Below, piece after piece: positions 18,292 through 28,602 of a stretch of DNA of 64,000 nt. Each line of letters starts with the position of its first letter. Position 1 is the first letter of the stretch. Source of the stretch: an uncultured Candidatus Saccharibacteria bacterium (lineage in GTDB: Bacteria > Patescibacteriota > Minisyncoccia > Phycocordibacterales > UBA9973); the NCBI GenBank assembly GCA_964484005.1, contig CAZADR010000002.1, positions 10,318-74,317 on the forward strand, read 5' to 3'. Both the position numbers and the translations under genes were made by a program. The notes beneath the pieces were generated by a model. It was not told the DNA's origin and did not search any database. It was given only the letters and a program-made list of their open reading frames with translations.

Positions 18292-19842
18292 GTGGCATTT
18301 GCAAAAGTATACTCCGCGCAAGTAAGCTTACTCTCGGGAGCTATAGTAACTATCGAAGTAGACCTGTCCAGAGGACTGCATTCTTTTAGTGTCGTCGGAC
18401 TGCCTGATAAAGCGGTGGACGAATCGAAAGACAGAGTGAGTGGAGCGATAAAAAATTCTGGTTTTCAATCTCCTAAAGCCAAGAACCAAAAAATAATAGT
18501 ATCACTTTCACCGGCCGACTTAAAAAAAGAGGGGCCGTTTTTTGATTTAGCTATTGCTCTTTCTTATATGTTGGCGGCGGGGGATATAAAATTTGATTCG
18601 GAAAAGAAAATATTTTTAGGGGAACTCGGACTAGATGGCACACTACGGAGGATTCGTGGAGCTTTACCACTCGCCCAAGAAGCCAAGCGAATGGGATTTG
18701 AAGAAATATATTTACCAAAAGAAAATGCGGTGGAGGCGGCTTTGGTGGAAGGTATAAAAATATTTGGTGCTGAAAGCTTGAAAGAGGTGGTTGAACACAT
18801 AGATGAAGGCAAAAAAGAATTACAAAAACAATTAAATAAAATTTTAATTCAACCTCAGACAAAAATAAATTATAAAAAAGAAATAGCTCGGACGGACTTT
18901 GCAGATATTCGTGGACAAGAAGGTGCCAAGCGCGGGCTCGAGATAGCTGCGGCCGGCGGACACAATATCGCCATGTATGGTCCACCGGGTACAGGCAAGA
19001 CGATGCTCGCTAGAGCTTTCTCTCAGCTCTTACCAGATTTAAGTATTGAAGAAGTTTTAGAAATCACTGGCATACATTCTGTAGCGGGAAGCACTAGGGG
19101 GGAGCTCGTTTGCTTTTCTCCTTTTCGTGCTCCGCACCACACTGCTTCTTATGTTTCTATTATTGGTGGAGGAACTTTTCCAAAACCGGGAGAAGTGACT
19201 CTCGCGCACAGGGGAGTGCTTTTTCTAGATGAGTTTCCTGAATTTGAAAAAAGAGTCATCGAATCTTTGCGTCAGCCACTCGAAGACAACATTGTCTCTA
19301 TCTCTCGCGCCAAAGGCACGGCTGTGTTTCCTTCAAATTTTATTTTAGTAGCAGCAATGAATCCTTGTCCATGTGGAAACTCTGGCAACAAACAAAAAGC
19401 CTGCATCTGTAAACCTTCAGATCTAGATAGATATAAGAGAAAGCTTTCTGGGCCGATTGTGGACCGTATTGATCTCTGGGTCTCTGTCGGAAATGTGGAT
19501 TACAAGAAACTCGGGGGAGAGGGCACTGGTGAAAAAAGTGAAAAGATAAAAGAGAGGGTGACAAGGGCGCGAGAAATTCAAAAAGATAGATTTAAAAAAT
19601 TTGAAAAAGATATCAAGACGAATAGTGAAATGAATGTAAAAGATTTGGGCACCATGGTGATACTCGATGGAAAAGTAAGGGACTTACTCGATGACAGCGC
19701 TGAACGACTTTCCTTGTCTGCGAGAGCATATCATCGAGTCTTAAAGATAGCTCGCACTATTGCCGACCTAGAAAACTCTCCAAACGTAGAAGCACATCAT
19801 ATCCTAGAAGCTATACAATATAGGCCGAAAGTGAATCAGTAA
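18292..19842 (+). CDS. comM: YifB/ComM-family Mg-chelatase-like AAA+ ATPase (GTG start)
   Basis: GPPGTGKTMLARAF Walker A, LFLDEFPEF Walker B, plus Lon-like N-terminal and C-terminal domains. Confidence 0.85.
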   Translation: MAFAKVYSAQVSLLSGAIVTIEVDLSRGLHSFSVVGLPDKAVDESKDRVSGAIKNSGFQSPKAKNQKIIVSLSPADLKKEGPFFDLAIALSYMLAAGDIKFDSEKKIFLGELGLDGTLRRIRGALPLAQEAKRMGFEEIYLPKENAVEAALVEGIKIFGAESLKEVVEHIDEGKKELQKQLNKILIQPQTKINYKKEIARTDFADIRGQEGAKRGLEIAAAGGHNIAMYGPPGTGKTMLARAFSQLLPDLSIEEVLEITGIHSVAGSTRGELVCFSPFRAPHHTASYVSIIGGGTFPKPGEVTLAHRGVLFLDEFPEFEKRVIESLRQPLEDNIVSISRAKGTAVFPSNFILVAAMNPCPCGNSGNKQKACICKPSDLDRYKRKLSGPIVDRIDLWVSVGNVDYKKLGGEGTGEKSEKIKERVTRAREIQKDRFKKFEKDIKTNSEMNVKDLGTMVILDGKVRDLLDDSAERLSLSARAYHRVLKIARTIADLENSPNVEAHHILEAIQYRPKVNQ

Positions 19843-19847
19843 GTTAT

Positions 19848-20163
19848 CCCCCACACCTTTCATTTTATAACTTCAGATCATATTATTTTTTATGTATTAT
19901 TTATATATTCTAAAAAGCCTTAAAGACGAAAAATTATATGTTGGTTCGACCAATGATCTGAAGCGAAGACTTTCGGAACACAACAATGGACTTAATCGTT
20001 CAACAAAAGCAAGGCGTCCATTTGAACTTAGATATTATGAAGCTTGTACTAATGAAAGTGATGCCCGAACTAGAGAATATAACCTCAAGAAAGATGGAAA
20101 AGCACTTGGGCAGCTTAAAAGACGAATTTCCGAAAGTCTTAAATAAAATAAAAGGTGTGGGGG
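19848..20163. mobile_element. Miniature GIY-YIG element: 13-bp terminal inverted repeats CCCCCACACCTTT / AAAGGTGTGGGGG flanked by direct TTAT
   Basis: IRs at 19848-19860 and 20151-20163 enclose the 84-aa GIY-YIG ORF. A near-identical copy lies at 32023-32340. Confidence 0.5.
19892..20146 (+). CDS. Small GIY-YIG nuclease-family protein
   Basis: YLYIL..LYVGSTNDLKRRLSEHN matches the GIY-YIG (URI) domain; 84 aa. Confidence 0.75.
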   Translation: MYYLYILKSLKDEKLYVGSTNDLKRRLSEHNNGLNRSTKARRPFELRYYEACTNESDARTREYNLKKDGKALGQLKRRISESLK

Positions 20164-20181
20164 TTATCCACAGAAGGGTTG

Positions 20182-20211
20182 TTGACAGGTGAACGCTCGT
20201 TCACTTATACT
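20182..20211 (+). promoter_or_regulatory. Sigma-70-like promoter with embedded Cheo-type LexA box GAACgctcGTTC
   Basis: TTGACA (20182-20187), perfect palindrome GTGAACGCTCGTTCAC (20189-20204), then TATACT (20206-20211); it lies upstream of the DUF465-like ORF and lexA. Confidence 0.6.
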
Positions 20212-20276
20212 ATATACATAGCCAAGTCGGGCTAGATTAGTAAAACTAAATAAGAAGCATTACGCTTCGCAAATCA

Positions 20277-20477
20277 ATGTCACAATCACAATATCTAAAA
20301 ATGTTAGAAAGGGAGATACAAAAGATTAATAAAAAAATTGATCTTAAGATTCTCCAAGGTGAGAAATATATCAAAGAGGCGAGAGAGCACAAACTCCTCT
20401 TAAAGAAGGTCCGCTATCATACTAGGAGAAACTTCTTTAGCAAATTTTTCCCAACTTTCACAAAATTTTCTTTCTAA
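20277..20477 (+). CDS. Small coiled-coil protein (DUF465/YdcH-like)
   Basis: 66 aa; MLEREIQKINKKIDLKIL..EAREHKLLLKK pattern. Lies immediately upstream of lexA. Confidence 0.35.
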   Translation: MSQSQYLKMLEREIQKINKKIDLKILQGEKYIKEAREHKLLLKKVRYHTRRNFFSKFFPTFTKFSF

Positions 20478-20480
20478 AAC

Positions 20481-21059
20481 ATGCAGACTATTTACCAGAC
20501 AAAACTAGAATCTTTCTACGGGCAAAATAAAAGGATGCCTTCTTATACAGAGATGATGAAGCTCTTTGGTTTTAAATCCAAGAATGCCGTATTTAGAGTC
20601 GTAGAAAAACTCGTTGATGCAGGGTTTGTGACAAAAGATTATTTAGGCCGACTTGTTCCCTCTGAATCTTTTACTGAGAATGCTGCGAGTGTACCCATGC
20701 TAGGTTTTGTGACTGCTGGGTTCCCAGCTACCGTAGAAGAAGAGCTAGCTGATACTGTAAACCTCGATGATCTTTTAATAAAAAATAAACCTCTTACATA
20801 CATGCTCGAAGTAGATGGGGACTCTATGATAGATGCGCACATAGAAAAGGGCGACATGGTACTCGTAGAAAAGACAAACAGTGCCAAAGACGGAGACATC
20901 ATTATAGCTGAGGTAGACGGAGAGTTTACCATGAAGTATTTCAAAAAAAGTGGAAATAAAGTTTGGCTCGAACCCGCAAACAAAAAATATCAACCAATAT
21001 ACCCCGCGCACTCTTTAAATATAAATGCAGTCGTAAAAGCTGTAATAAGGAGATACTAA
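20481..21059 (+). CDS. lexA: LexA repressor (S24 peptidase family)
   Basis: N-terminal wHTH, Ala-Gly cleavage region VTAGFP, S24 catalytic GDSM and a Lys in the VLVEK motif. Confidence 0.85.
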   Translation: MQTIYQTKLESFYGQNKRMPSYTEMMKLFGFKSKNAVFRVVEKLVDAGFVTKDYLGRLVPSESFTENAASVPMLGFVTAGFPATVEEELADTVNLDDLLIKNKPLTYMLEVDGDSMIDAHIEKGDMVLVEKTNSAKDGDIIIAEVDGEFTMKYFKKSGNKVWLEPANKKYQPIYPAHSLNINAVVKAVIRRY

Positions 21060-21187
21060 AAATAAATTTTTTTCTCAGTATAATCTTATATCAGCACACA
21101 TAATTTTTTGCTAAAAATTTGCTCTGCTCGGCTACCCGCCTGCGCAAGGCTTCTCTAAGATTACACTTTCAACAAAATTTCTTCTAA

Positions 21188-21226
21188 AATAAAAAATCCC
21201 CACTGAAGGGGATTTTTTATTTTTTA
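21188..21226. terminator. Bidirectional rho-independent terminator between lexA and hup
   Basis: AAAAAATCCCC-ACTGAA-GGGGATTTTTTATTTTTT. Confidence 0.7.
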
Positions 21227-21239
21227 TCTCGAGATAAAA

Positions 21240-21512
21240 TTACGCAACCATATCTTTCAAACCTTTTGCAGGTCGGAATTTTGGAACTCTTTTTGCAGCT
21301 ACTTTGACTTGTTCTCCAGTCTTTGGATTGCGAGCCATGCGAGCAGCACGAGATTTTACGGAAAAGATTCCGAAGCCGGCGATTGAAACTTCACCTCCTT
21401 TTTTCAAAGTCTGGATGATAGCATCAAACATTCCGTCTACGATTTCTTCAGCTTGTACTTTTGTACCACCTAGTTTTCCGTGTACCCATTCAGCTAATGC
21501 TTGTTTATTCAT
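21240..21512 (-). CDS. hup: HU family DNA-binding protein
   Basis: GFGIFSVKSRAARMARNPKTGEQVKVAAKRVPKFRPAKGLKD is the classic HU arm; 90 aa. Confidence 0.9.
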   Translation of the reverse strand: MNKQALAEWVHGKLGGTKVQAEEIVDGMFDAIIQTLKKGGEVSIAGFGIFSVKSRAARMARNPKTGEQVKVAAKRVPKFRPAKGLKDMVA

Positions 21513-21635
21513 ATTTTTTTTAAATTATTTTTTATAATTCTTTCGACCTGCCTCGCTTTAGCGTGGCTAGTTGTCCTTATAATTACTACCAATGTAGCCT
21601 CTATCCATTATATATCAAGGGTTTTTTAAGGCAAG

Positions 21636-23162
21636 CTATCTAGCGTATTCGATAATTCGAGTTTCTCGTATCATTGTCACCTTTATTTCTCCTGGATATT
21701 TGAGTTCTTGCTCAATTTTTATAGCAATATCTCGAGCCATAAGCTTGGCTTCGGCATCAGAAATCTTTTCAGGGGTGACAAAGATGCGTATTTCACGTCC
21801 AGCTTGCAGGGCATAAGACTTTTCGACAGCAGGGAAGCCGTTTACTAGGGCTTCTAGCTCTTGTAGGCGTTTTAAGTAGTTCTCTACTGAGTCTCGGCGG
21901 GCACCTGGGCGGCCTCCAGATATAGCATCTGCAGTCTGAACAATGATGGATTCTATGGTTTCATAAGGGTAGTCCTCGTGGTGAGATTTCATTGCGGTGA
22001 CGATGCGTTCGTCAGCCCCAAATTTTTGCAAAATGCGCATTCCTATCTCAATGTGGGTACCTTGTACTTCGTGGTCTAGGGCTTTACCTATGTCGTGAAC
22101 GAGGGCTCCTGCTTTGGCTATAGCTACATCTGCACCCAATTCTTCGGCTATCATTCCAGCGATGTGAGACATCTCTATTGAGTGCTGAAGAACATTTTGT
22201 CCATAACTGGTTCGGAAATACAATCTTCCGATGATTGCTACTATGCGAGGATCAAAGTTGAAGATTCCACACTCGTAGACAGCTTGTTCTCCCTTTTCTT
22301 TGATTATCTTGTTTATTTCTTCTTTGGCTTTTTCTACCAATTCTTCAATCTTTGCAGGTTGAATGCGTCCATCTAGAATCAAGTTTTCCAAAGCAAGTCT
22401 TGCTACTTGTCTTCTGATTGGGTCGAAAGAAGAAATGACGATTGAGCCCGGTGTGTCATCCACGATGAGCTCTACTCCGGCTGCTCTCTCAAAGGCTCGG
22501 ATGTTTCTTCCTTCTTTTCCGATTATCTTTCCTTTGATTTCATTGTTAGGAATAGATACGACGGTGGTCATGAGCTCGGAGGCTGTACTAGAAGCTAAGC
22601 GTTGTATGGAGGTAGCCAAAATATCTTTAGCACGTCGGTCCAACTTTTCTTCATTACTATTTTCTAGTTTTTGTATCTTTACCAAGATGTCTTCCTCGTA
22701 TCTTTTTTCGACATCTCTCAAGAGCTCATTTTTTGCTTCTTCTGCAGTGAGCTTGGCAATTTTTTCTAATTCAAGAACTTTTTCTTCTTCAATTTTTACT
22801 ACCTTTTCCTGAATCTTTTTTATTTCTTCCACTTTGAGTTTGATATTTTCAACTTCTTTGTTTACCTCCACCTGACGCGCATCTAAAAACTCGTCTTTTT
22901 TGATGAGTCTTTTTTCTGTTTCTTTAAACTCTATTTCTTTCTCTTTTTCCTCTTCTCTTAGCTTTCCTAGTTTTTCTTCCGATATCTTTTTTGCTTCATC
23001 TAATATTCTTTGTGCTTCTTCCTTGGCCCCCACCATCATCTGCTTGATGTCTATCTCAATAGACCTTCTCTTTCCAAGCGCGACGATAAGTCGGAGATAG
23101 TATCCGATACCTACGCCTAAAAGGAGTACTCCGACTCCGATTAAAATTATTATTATACTCAT
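21636..23162 (-). CDS. rny: Ribonuclease Y
   Basis: N-terminal TM helix, coiled coil, KH domain (GKIIGKEGRNIRAFE) and HD domain (HSIEMSHIAGMIAEELG..HDIGK). Confidence 0.9.
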   Translation of the reverse strand: MSIIIILIGVGVLLLGVGIGYYLRLIVALGKRRSIEIDIKQMMVGAKEEAQRILDEAKKISEEKLGKLREEEKEKEIEFKETEKRLIKKDEFLDARQVEVNKEVENIKLKVEEIKKIQEKVVKIEEEKVLELEKIAKLTAEEAKNELLRDVEKRYEEDILVKIQKLENSNEEKLDRRAKDILATSIQRLASSTASELMTTVVSIPNNEIKGKIIGKEGRNIRAFERAAGVELIVDDTPGSIVISSFDPIRRQVARLALENLILDGRIQPAKIEELVEKAKEEINKIIKEKGEQAVYECGIFNFDPRIVAIIGRLYFRTSYGQNVLQHSIEMSHIAGMIAEELGADVAIAKAGALVHDIGKALDHEVQGTHIEIGMRILQKFGADERIVTAMKSHHEDYPYETIESIIVQTADAISGGRPGARRDSVENYLKRLQELEALVNGFPAVEKSYALQAGREIRIFVTPEKISDAEAKLMARDIAIKIEQELKYPGEIKVTMIRETRIIEYAR

Positions 23163-23371
23163 AAGCTTGTGTCAGCTTACAAGAACAAGCCACTATATTT
23201 GCTGTTTTTCTTTCCTAAAACTTAAGATTTGAAAAATTTCCTTTAAACATTTCATAATATATGGGATATTCCTGTGAACCAGACTTTAAATTAAGAAAAT
23301 AAATTTGTAAATTTCAACATCTAAAGTATAACAGAAAGAAATTTTTCTGTCTAGGGCGACTCGCGGTGGGG

Positions 23372-23977
23372 TTATTCTTCCTTTTTTGGGCCTGGGTTTT
23401 TGGACTTTGTGACTATTTCGTCTACAATTCCGTATTTCTTGGCTTCATCTGCATCCATAAAGAAGTCTCTCTCTACGTCTTTTTCTATTTGAGGTAAAGA
23501 TTTGCCAGTGTTTTTAGCTAAAAGTTTATTTAAATTATCTCTAGTTTTTAAGATATGCTTTGCTGTGATGGCGATATCTGTGGCTTGACCTTCTACTCCA
23601 CCCAAAGGTTGATGTATCATCACTTCAGCATTTGGTAAAATAAATCTCTTTCCCTTTTTTCCTGCAGATAAGATAATTGCAGCACCCGAAGCAGCTAAGC
23701 CAACACAAAAAGTGGCTATGTCTGGGCGGACATGATTCATGGTATCTACTATGGCCATAGTAGAGGTGACTGAGCCACCAGGGGAGTTTACATAAAGATA
23801 AACATCTTTTTTAGCATCTTCAGACTCCAAAAAGAGAAGCTGGGCGATGACAATGTTTGCAGTGTGGTCATCTATTGGGCCACCTAGGAATATAATTCGT
23901 TCGCGTAAAAGACGAGAATAAATATCGTAAGCTCTTTCTCCAAACTGACTTTTCTCAATAACTGTTGGTATTAACAT
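23372..23977 (-). CDS. clpP: ATP-dependent Clp protease proteolytic subunit
   Basis: GLAASGAA (catalytic Ser), MIHQP (His), and overall ClpP pattern; 201 aa. Confidence 0.9.
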   Translation of the reverse strand: MLIPTVIEKSQFGERAYDIYSRLLRERIIFLGGPIDDHTANIVIAQLLFLESEDAKKDVYLYVNSPGGSVTSTMAIVDTMNHVRPDIATFCVGLAASGAAIILSAGKKGKRFILPNAEVMIHQPLGGVEGQATDIAITAKHILKTRDNLNKLLAKNTGKSLPQIEKDVERDFFMDADEAKKYGIVDEIVTKSKNPGPKKEE

Positions 23978-24023
23978 AATAGTATTATATTCTTGATTTT
24001 CAGCTTTTTCAAGCTGAGAAAAA

Positions 24024-25109
24024 CTATTGAGTTTCCAAGAATTGGAAGATTTTTTCGTTAGTTAGAACATTTTCTGCATGCATGCGGGCTCGCTCGGGGT
24101 CTGCATCTTTGTAATGTTCCAATATTGCAGCTACCTCAGTAGCTACTTGTTCGTCATCGGCTTTAATATTTTCAACTTTTGCTATCTCGTTTAAGATAAG
24201 CGCTAGTTTTGCTTTCTTTTCTGCGTCATTTCTAAATTCTTTTCTTAAATCTTCAACTTTTTTGTTTATGTGTTTTAAGTAATCTTCAAAATTTAGACCC
24301 ATTGCGGTGATATCTGCTTCCATTTTGTATAAGATTTTGTCTAGCTCTACTTCAATTAAGATTTCAGGAACTTCGACTTCACTTTCATCGATTATTTTTT
24401 CGATTATTTTTAATCGGGTTTTTTCTTTCACTTGATTTCCTTTTTCTAGTTTAATATTTTCTTTTAGTTTTTCTCTAAAATCAGCTACATCTTTGAAGGG
24501 CCCGAGAGCTTGCACAAAATCATCATTGAATTCTGGGAGCTCTGGTTTTATTTCTTCTCCTGTCTCTTCGGCAGGCAGGTCTTTGTGTTCTTCGCCCTCC
24601 TTGTGTTCATGTGGCTCTGCCATGTGTATTTTGGGTGCACGAGATTTGCGGATATCCATTATAGTATTTTCAACATCTTCTTCGGATACAGTTGTATCCT
24701 TTTCAGCTTCAGTAAGTTTTGAGATTATTTTTTTTGCTGTTTCTTTATAGACAGGAAGTTTTATTTCAGGCAAGACAGCTGTTTTTATTTTGAATCCGAG
24801 GGGATTGTTGCGAGCCAGCTTAGTGATAGCAATTTCTGGTCGGCTGATAGCGTCAATTTTTTCATCTTCAAGAATTTTAGGGTAATGCTCGTTGATAGCC
24901 AATTGAGTCATTTCTTCTAAAATGCTGATTTCTGGTACTTTTGAGAGTAAAACACTTTCTGGTACTTTACCTTTTCTAAAACCATCCAATTCTACATTCT
25001 CTCCAATTTTCTTTAATGCTTTTGCAAAGTAAGTTTCAAAAACCTCAGAATCTATTTCTCCTTCGATTTCCACCTCACTTTTAGGTAATTTTTTTACTGT
25101 TATTTTCAT
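24024..25109 (-). CDS. tig: Trigger factor (short form)
   Basis: [21 protein letters not shown]-terminal ribosome-binding domain and C-terminal chaperone arm; 361 aa. Confidence 0.75.
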   Translation of the reverse strand: MKITVKKLPKSEVEIEGEIDSEVFETYFAKALKKIGENVELDGFRKGKVPESVLLSKVPEISILEEMTQLAINEHYPKILEDEKIDAISRPEIAITKLARNNPLGFKIKTAVLPEIKLPVYKETAKKIISKLTEAEKDTTVSEEDVENTIMDIRKSRAPKIHMAEPHEHKEGEEHKDLPAEETGEEIKPELPEFNDDFVQALGPFKDVADFREKLKENIKLEKGNQVKEKTRLKIIEKIIDESEVEVPEILIEVELDKILYKMEADITAMGLNFEDYLKHINKKVEDLRKEFRNDAEKKAKLALILNEIAKVENIKADDEQVATEVAAILEHYKDADPERARMHAENVLTNEKIFQFLETQ

Positions 25110-25218
25110 CCCGGTACTTAAATTTTAATTAATAATCTTCATCTTTATGTCCTATAATCAAAAATTTACTACGGGACACGTAGATTTTCAGTTTATATTT
25201 ATTTGGGTTCTTTGTCAA

Positions 25219-25262
25219 AAGCCCCTCCGGCGTTTCCGCAGGAGGGGCTTTTGTTCTTTTAT
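25219..25262. terminator. Rho-independent terminator hairpin
   Basis: AAAAGCCCCTCC-GGCGTTTCCGCA-GGAGGGGCTTTTGTTCTTTT. Confidence 0.6.
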
Positions 25263-25274
25263 AGAGAGTTGTAT

Positions 25275-25493
25275 TTACTCTATAGTATTTACATCTACAC
25301 CTATATCAGTTTCTAGTGTGTTTAAATCCTGATCAAGTGCTTCTACTCCGTTTTCATCTTCAGTAGTGAGAACATCAACAGGTTCTTCTACGTTAACCTT
25401 TGATTGCCAAGCATATATACCACCAATGATAAGGATGATGACTATGATTACCAACCCTATGAATGCTCCATTTGATTTTTTTTCTGGTTCCAT
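25275..25493 (-). CDS. Small single-pass membrane protein
   Basis: 72 aa with TM helix FIGLVIIVIILIIGGIYAW; sits upstream of the acidic secreted protein. Confidence 0.35.
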   Translation of the reverse strand: MEPEKKSNGAFIGLVIIVIILIIGGIYAWQSKVNVEEPVDVLTTEDENGVEALDQDLNTLETDIGVDVNTIE

Positions 25494-25513
25494 ATTTTTT
25501 TAGTTAATAGCTA

Positions 25514-26374
25514 TTAATTGTTGTTGTCATCACTTTCATCGTCATTGTCATCTTCTGTAGTATTTTTGAGATCTTCAAGCATGGCTTTGATCTCTTCTCT
25601 TAGAGATTTTACTGCATCCTTTAATGATTTGTGTGCTTCTACTATCAAGGTTTGAGTCTCTTGAGCCAAAGTCCTTAGTTTTGTTTTATCTTCTAAGGTA
25701 AGTTTCTCAATAGAAATAGCTAACAATGTGTTTATTTCAGCAATTTTTGTTTTAGCACTTTCTAGTTTTGTCTCTGCTGTGTTTACAAAAGCCTCAGCTT
25801 CTGTGGTGTCTACTCCCTTTGCATCTAGCTTAGTTATTTGTGCCTCGATTTTATCTTTGAAGCCGTTCATTCTTTCTACTGCGGCATCAAACCTTTCCAA
25901 AGCTTTTTCTCTACCTACTATTCTATCTTCTTTTATTTTTGCTTGAGCTGCATCTTTCTCTGTTTTAATTTTTTCTCTCAAAGCTTCCATTTTTTGCTTT
26001 GCCTCTTCACGAACAGCTTCTATTTGTTTCTTTATTTCTTCTCTCTTTGCCTCAAATATTCTTTTTTGCTCTTCTCTTTGAGCTTTTTCTAAAGAGGTTT
26101 CTTCGCTGTCATCGTCACTATCTTCATCTTCATCACTATCATCATTTAGATCTTCATCACTATCGTCATCAAGGTCTTCGTCTTCATCTTCGTCTAAATC
26201 TTCATCATTATCATCATCTCCAGACAAAGAATCGTTATCATCATTGTCATCGTCTGATGATTCGATTTTTACATCGTCAGATGAATCATCGTTACCTTCT
26301 CTTGCTTGAACCATTCTGTTTCCCAAGAAAAGTATCATCAGGAAAATCACAAACAATCCTAAATATTTTTTCAT
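25514..26374 (-). CDS. Secreted highly acidic (D/E-rich) coiled-coil protein
   Basis: Signal peptide, roughly 80 aa of Asp/Glu/Ser low-complexity sequence, then a Lys/Glu coiled coil; the DNA at 26100-26290 is an imperfect GA(T/C)-rich repeat. Confidence 0.5.
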   Translation of the reverse strand: MKKYLGLFVIFLMILFLGNRMVQAREGNDDSSDDVKIESSDDDNDDNDSLSGDDDNDEDLDEDEDEDLDDDSDEDLNDDSDEDEDSDDDSEETSLEKAQREEQKRIFEAKREEIKKQIEAVREEAKQKMEALREKIKTEKDAAQAKIKEDRIVGREKALERFDAAVERMNGFKDKIEAQITKLDAKGVDTTEAEAFVNTAETKLESAKTKIAEINTLLAISIEKLTLEDKTKLRTLAQETQTLIVEAHKSLKDAVKSLREEIKAMLEDLKNTTEDDNDDESDDNNN

Positions 26375-26443
26375 ATCTTTTTTATTTCGCTTATTTAAGC
26401 GAGTTATTAAATTAATAATACAACTTATAAACCGACAAGTGTA

Positions 26444-28456
26444 TTATACCAAAAAAGCAACCAAAAGTAATGCAACAATGTTGAGAATCTTTATCATTGG
26501 GTTTATGGCTGGTCCCGCTGTGTCTTTATAGGGGTCTCCTACGGTATCCCCAGTAACTGCAGCCTTATGGGCATCAGAGCCTTTGCCTCCGTGATTACCT
26601 TGTTCTATGTGTTTTTTAGCATTATCCCAAGCACCTCCTCCGGATGTCATTGAAATAGCTACGAACAAACCTGTAATGATGGAGCCAAGAAGTAGCCCTC
26701 CCAAGACCACCAAGCCGTTTTCTTTTCCAAAAGCTAAAATTACCAAGATTGGAGCGAGTACGGGAATCAAAGCGGGAAGAATCATTTGTTTGATTGCAGC
26801 TCCGGTGATGATAGACACAGCTTTTGCATAATCAGGCTTTGCGGTGCCTTCCATAATTCCTTTTATTTCTCTAAATTGTCGGCGAATTTCTTCTACGACT
26901 TCTCCTGCTGTTTTTCCAACTGCTTCCATGCAAAGTGCAGCAAAATAATATGGCAAGAGTCCTCCCAAGAAGAGACCAACGATGACATAAGGATCACTCA
27001 AATCAAAAGCAATACTTTTTCCAGCCTTAGCAATTTCTTCGGTATAAGAAGCAAAGAGGACGAGCGCAGCGAGTCCTGCGGAGCCGATAGCGTAACCTTT
27101 AGTGACGGCTTTGGTGGTATTTCCAACAGCGTCTAATGGATCAGTGATGTCTCGTACAGCTTGAGGAAGCTCTGCCATTTCGGCGATACCTCCTGCATTA
27201 TCTGTAATAGGTCCATAGGCATCTATCGCTACTATTATTCCAGTCATTGAAAGCATAGACATAGCTGCGACAGCGATACCATAAAGTCCGCCGTATTCAT
27301 AACTAATTAAAATTCCAAGCACAATCGTGATAAGAGGAAGAGCGGTAGACTTCATTGATATCGCCAAACCTTGAATTACATTTGTGCCGTGTCCAGAGAC
27401 TGAAGCAAGAGCAATAGATTTTACGGGAGCGTATTTTGTAGAAGTAAAATATTCGGTGATGACTACGAGGGCTCCGGTGACAAAAAGTCCGACAAGAGAA
27501 CAAATAAATAAATCCATCACTTCATATTTTCCATTTCCTTCCATCAATATCTTTGTGACAGGGTAGAAGAGGGCTCCAGCGATGACGCCAGAAGCAATAA
27601 GTCCTTTGTAGAGAGCGCCCATTATATTTTTCTCTTTTCCTAAACGAACAAACCAAGTACCGATGATGGATGCAAAGATTGCCATACCACCGATGACGAG
27701 GGGATAAATAACTGCATTTTCAAATCTAGTAAAAAGAAGAGAGCCGAGGAGCATAGTAGCTACTGAGGTGACAGCATAAGTTTCAAATAAATCTGCTGCC
27801 ATACCTGCGCAGTCTCCCACATTGTCTCCCACATTGTCTGCGATAACTCCAGGATTTCTTGGGTCGTCTTCGGGGATTCCAGCTTCGAGTTTACCTACTA
27901 AATCTGCTCCGACATCGGCTGCTTTGGTAAAGATTCCTCCACCGAGTCTAGCGAAAACAGAAATGAGAGATGCTCCAAATCCGAGCCCGATGAGAGCAGT
28001 CACATCTTTGGTGATTGCATAAAAAGCTGTGACCCCAAGGAGAGCGAGGCCGACTACGAGAAGTCCGGTAACTGTTCCTCCTTGAAAAGCGAGAGACAGT
28101 GCTTCGTTGATTCCTTTTCTAGCAGCTTCAGTGGTTCGGACGTTGGCGCGGACAGAGACATTCATGCCGATATATCCAGCAAGAGCAGAGAAAACTGCTC
28201 CAACCAAGAAACCAAAAGCCATAGTCCAGCCTAGTTTTTCAACCATACCGATAATTAGAAAAAGAACCAAAGCTATAATGCCGATTGTTTTGTATTGTTT
28301 ATTTAAATAAGCACTTGCACCGTCTTGGATAGCTTTGGCTATCTCTTGCATGCGAGCATTGCCTGGGCTTTTCTTTAAGATAGATTTTGCTAAAAACAAA
28401 CCATAAAAAATAGCTACAAAAGAACTTACGATTGCAAACAATAAAAATGAATTCAT
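26444..28456 (-). CDS. hppA: Membrane-bound proton/sodium-translocating pyrophosphatase
   Basis: [40 protein letters not shown] motifs; 670 aa polytopic. Confidence 0.9.
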   Translation of the reverse strand: MNSFLLFAIVSSFVAIFYGLFLAKSILKKSPGNARMQEIAKAIQDGASAYLNKQYKTIGIIALVLFLIIGMVEKLGWTMAFGFLVGAVFSALAGYIGMNVSVRANVRTTEAARKGINEALSLAFQGGTVTGLLVVGLALLGVTAFYAITKDVTALIGLGFGASLISVFARLGGGIFTKAADVGADLVGKLEAGIPEDDPRNPGVIADNVGDNVGDCAGMAADLFETYAVTSVATMLLGSLLFTRFENAVIYPLVIGGMAIFASIIGTWFVRLGKEKNIMGALYKGLIASGVIAGALFYPVTKILMEGNGKYEVMDLFICSLVGLFVTGALVVITEYFTSTKYAPVKSIALASVSGHGTNVIQGLAISMKSTALPLITIVLGILISYEYGGLYGIAVAAMSMLSMTGIIVAIDAYGPITDNAGGIAEMAELPQAVRDITDPLDAVGNTTKAVTKGYAIGSAGLAALVLFASYTEEIAKAGKSIAFDLSDPYVIVGLFLGGLLPYYFAALCMEAVGKTAGEVVEEIRRQFREIKGIMEGTAKPDYAKAVSIITGAAIKQMILPALIPVLAPILVILAFGKENGLVVLGGLLLGSIITGLFVAISMTSGGGAWDNAKKHIEQGNHGGKGSDAHKAAVTGDTVGDPYKDTAGPAINPMIKILNIVALLLVAFLV

Positions 28457-28495
28457 AAATGATTTTTAACGAACATTGTGAGTATAAAAATCTTT

Positions 28496-28558
28496 ACCCC
28501 GTTAAATATAAAATCTTTAGATTTTTAATTTTGCTTTGCAAAATTTATTTAATGGGGT
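28496..28558. repeat. Short palindromic element (ACCCCGTTAAATA ... TATTTAATGGGGT)
   Basis: 13-bp imperfect inverted repeat around a 36-bp spacer that contains AATCTTTAGATTT; member of a family (see 17752-17889, 29830-29894, 29945-30231). Confidence 0.5.
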
Positions 28559-28602
28559 TAGTAAAATATATTCGCTATGCTCATTATTGTTACTAATAAT
28601 TT

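Noticed and set aside
26100-26290. GAT/GAA-rich repetitive DNA that could resemble a repeat array
   Set aside because: It is in frame within a 286-aa ORF encoding an Asp/Glu low-complexity tract. There are no regularly spaced direct repeats with unique spacers, so it is not a CRISPR array.
27813-27836. Perfect 12-nt tandem duplication TCTCCCACATTG x2 inside hppA (encodes DNVGDNVGD)
   Set aside because: I recall the doubled DNVGDNVGD as a conserved native motif of H+-pyrophosphatases, so this is unlikely to be a slippage mutation or repeat of interest.
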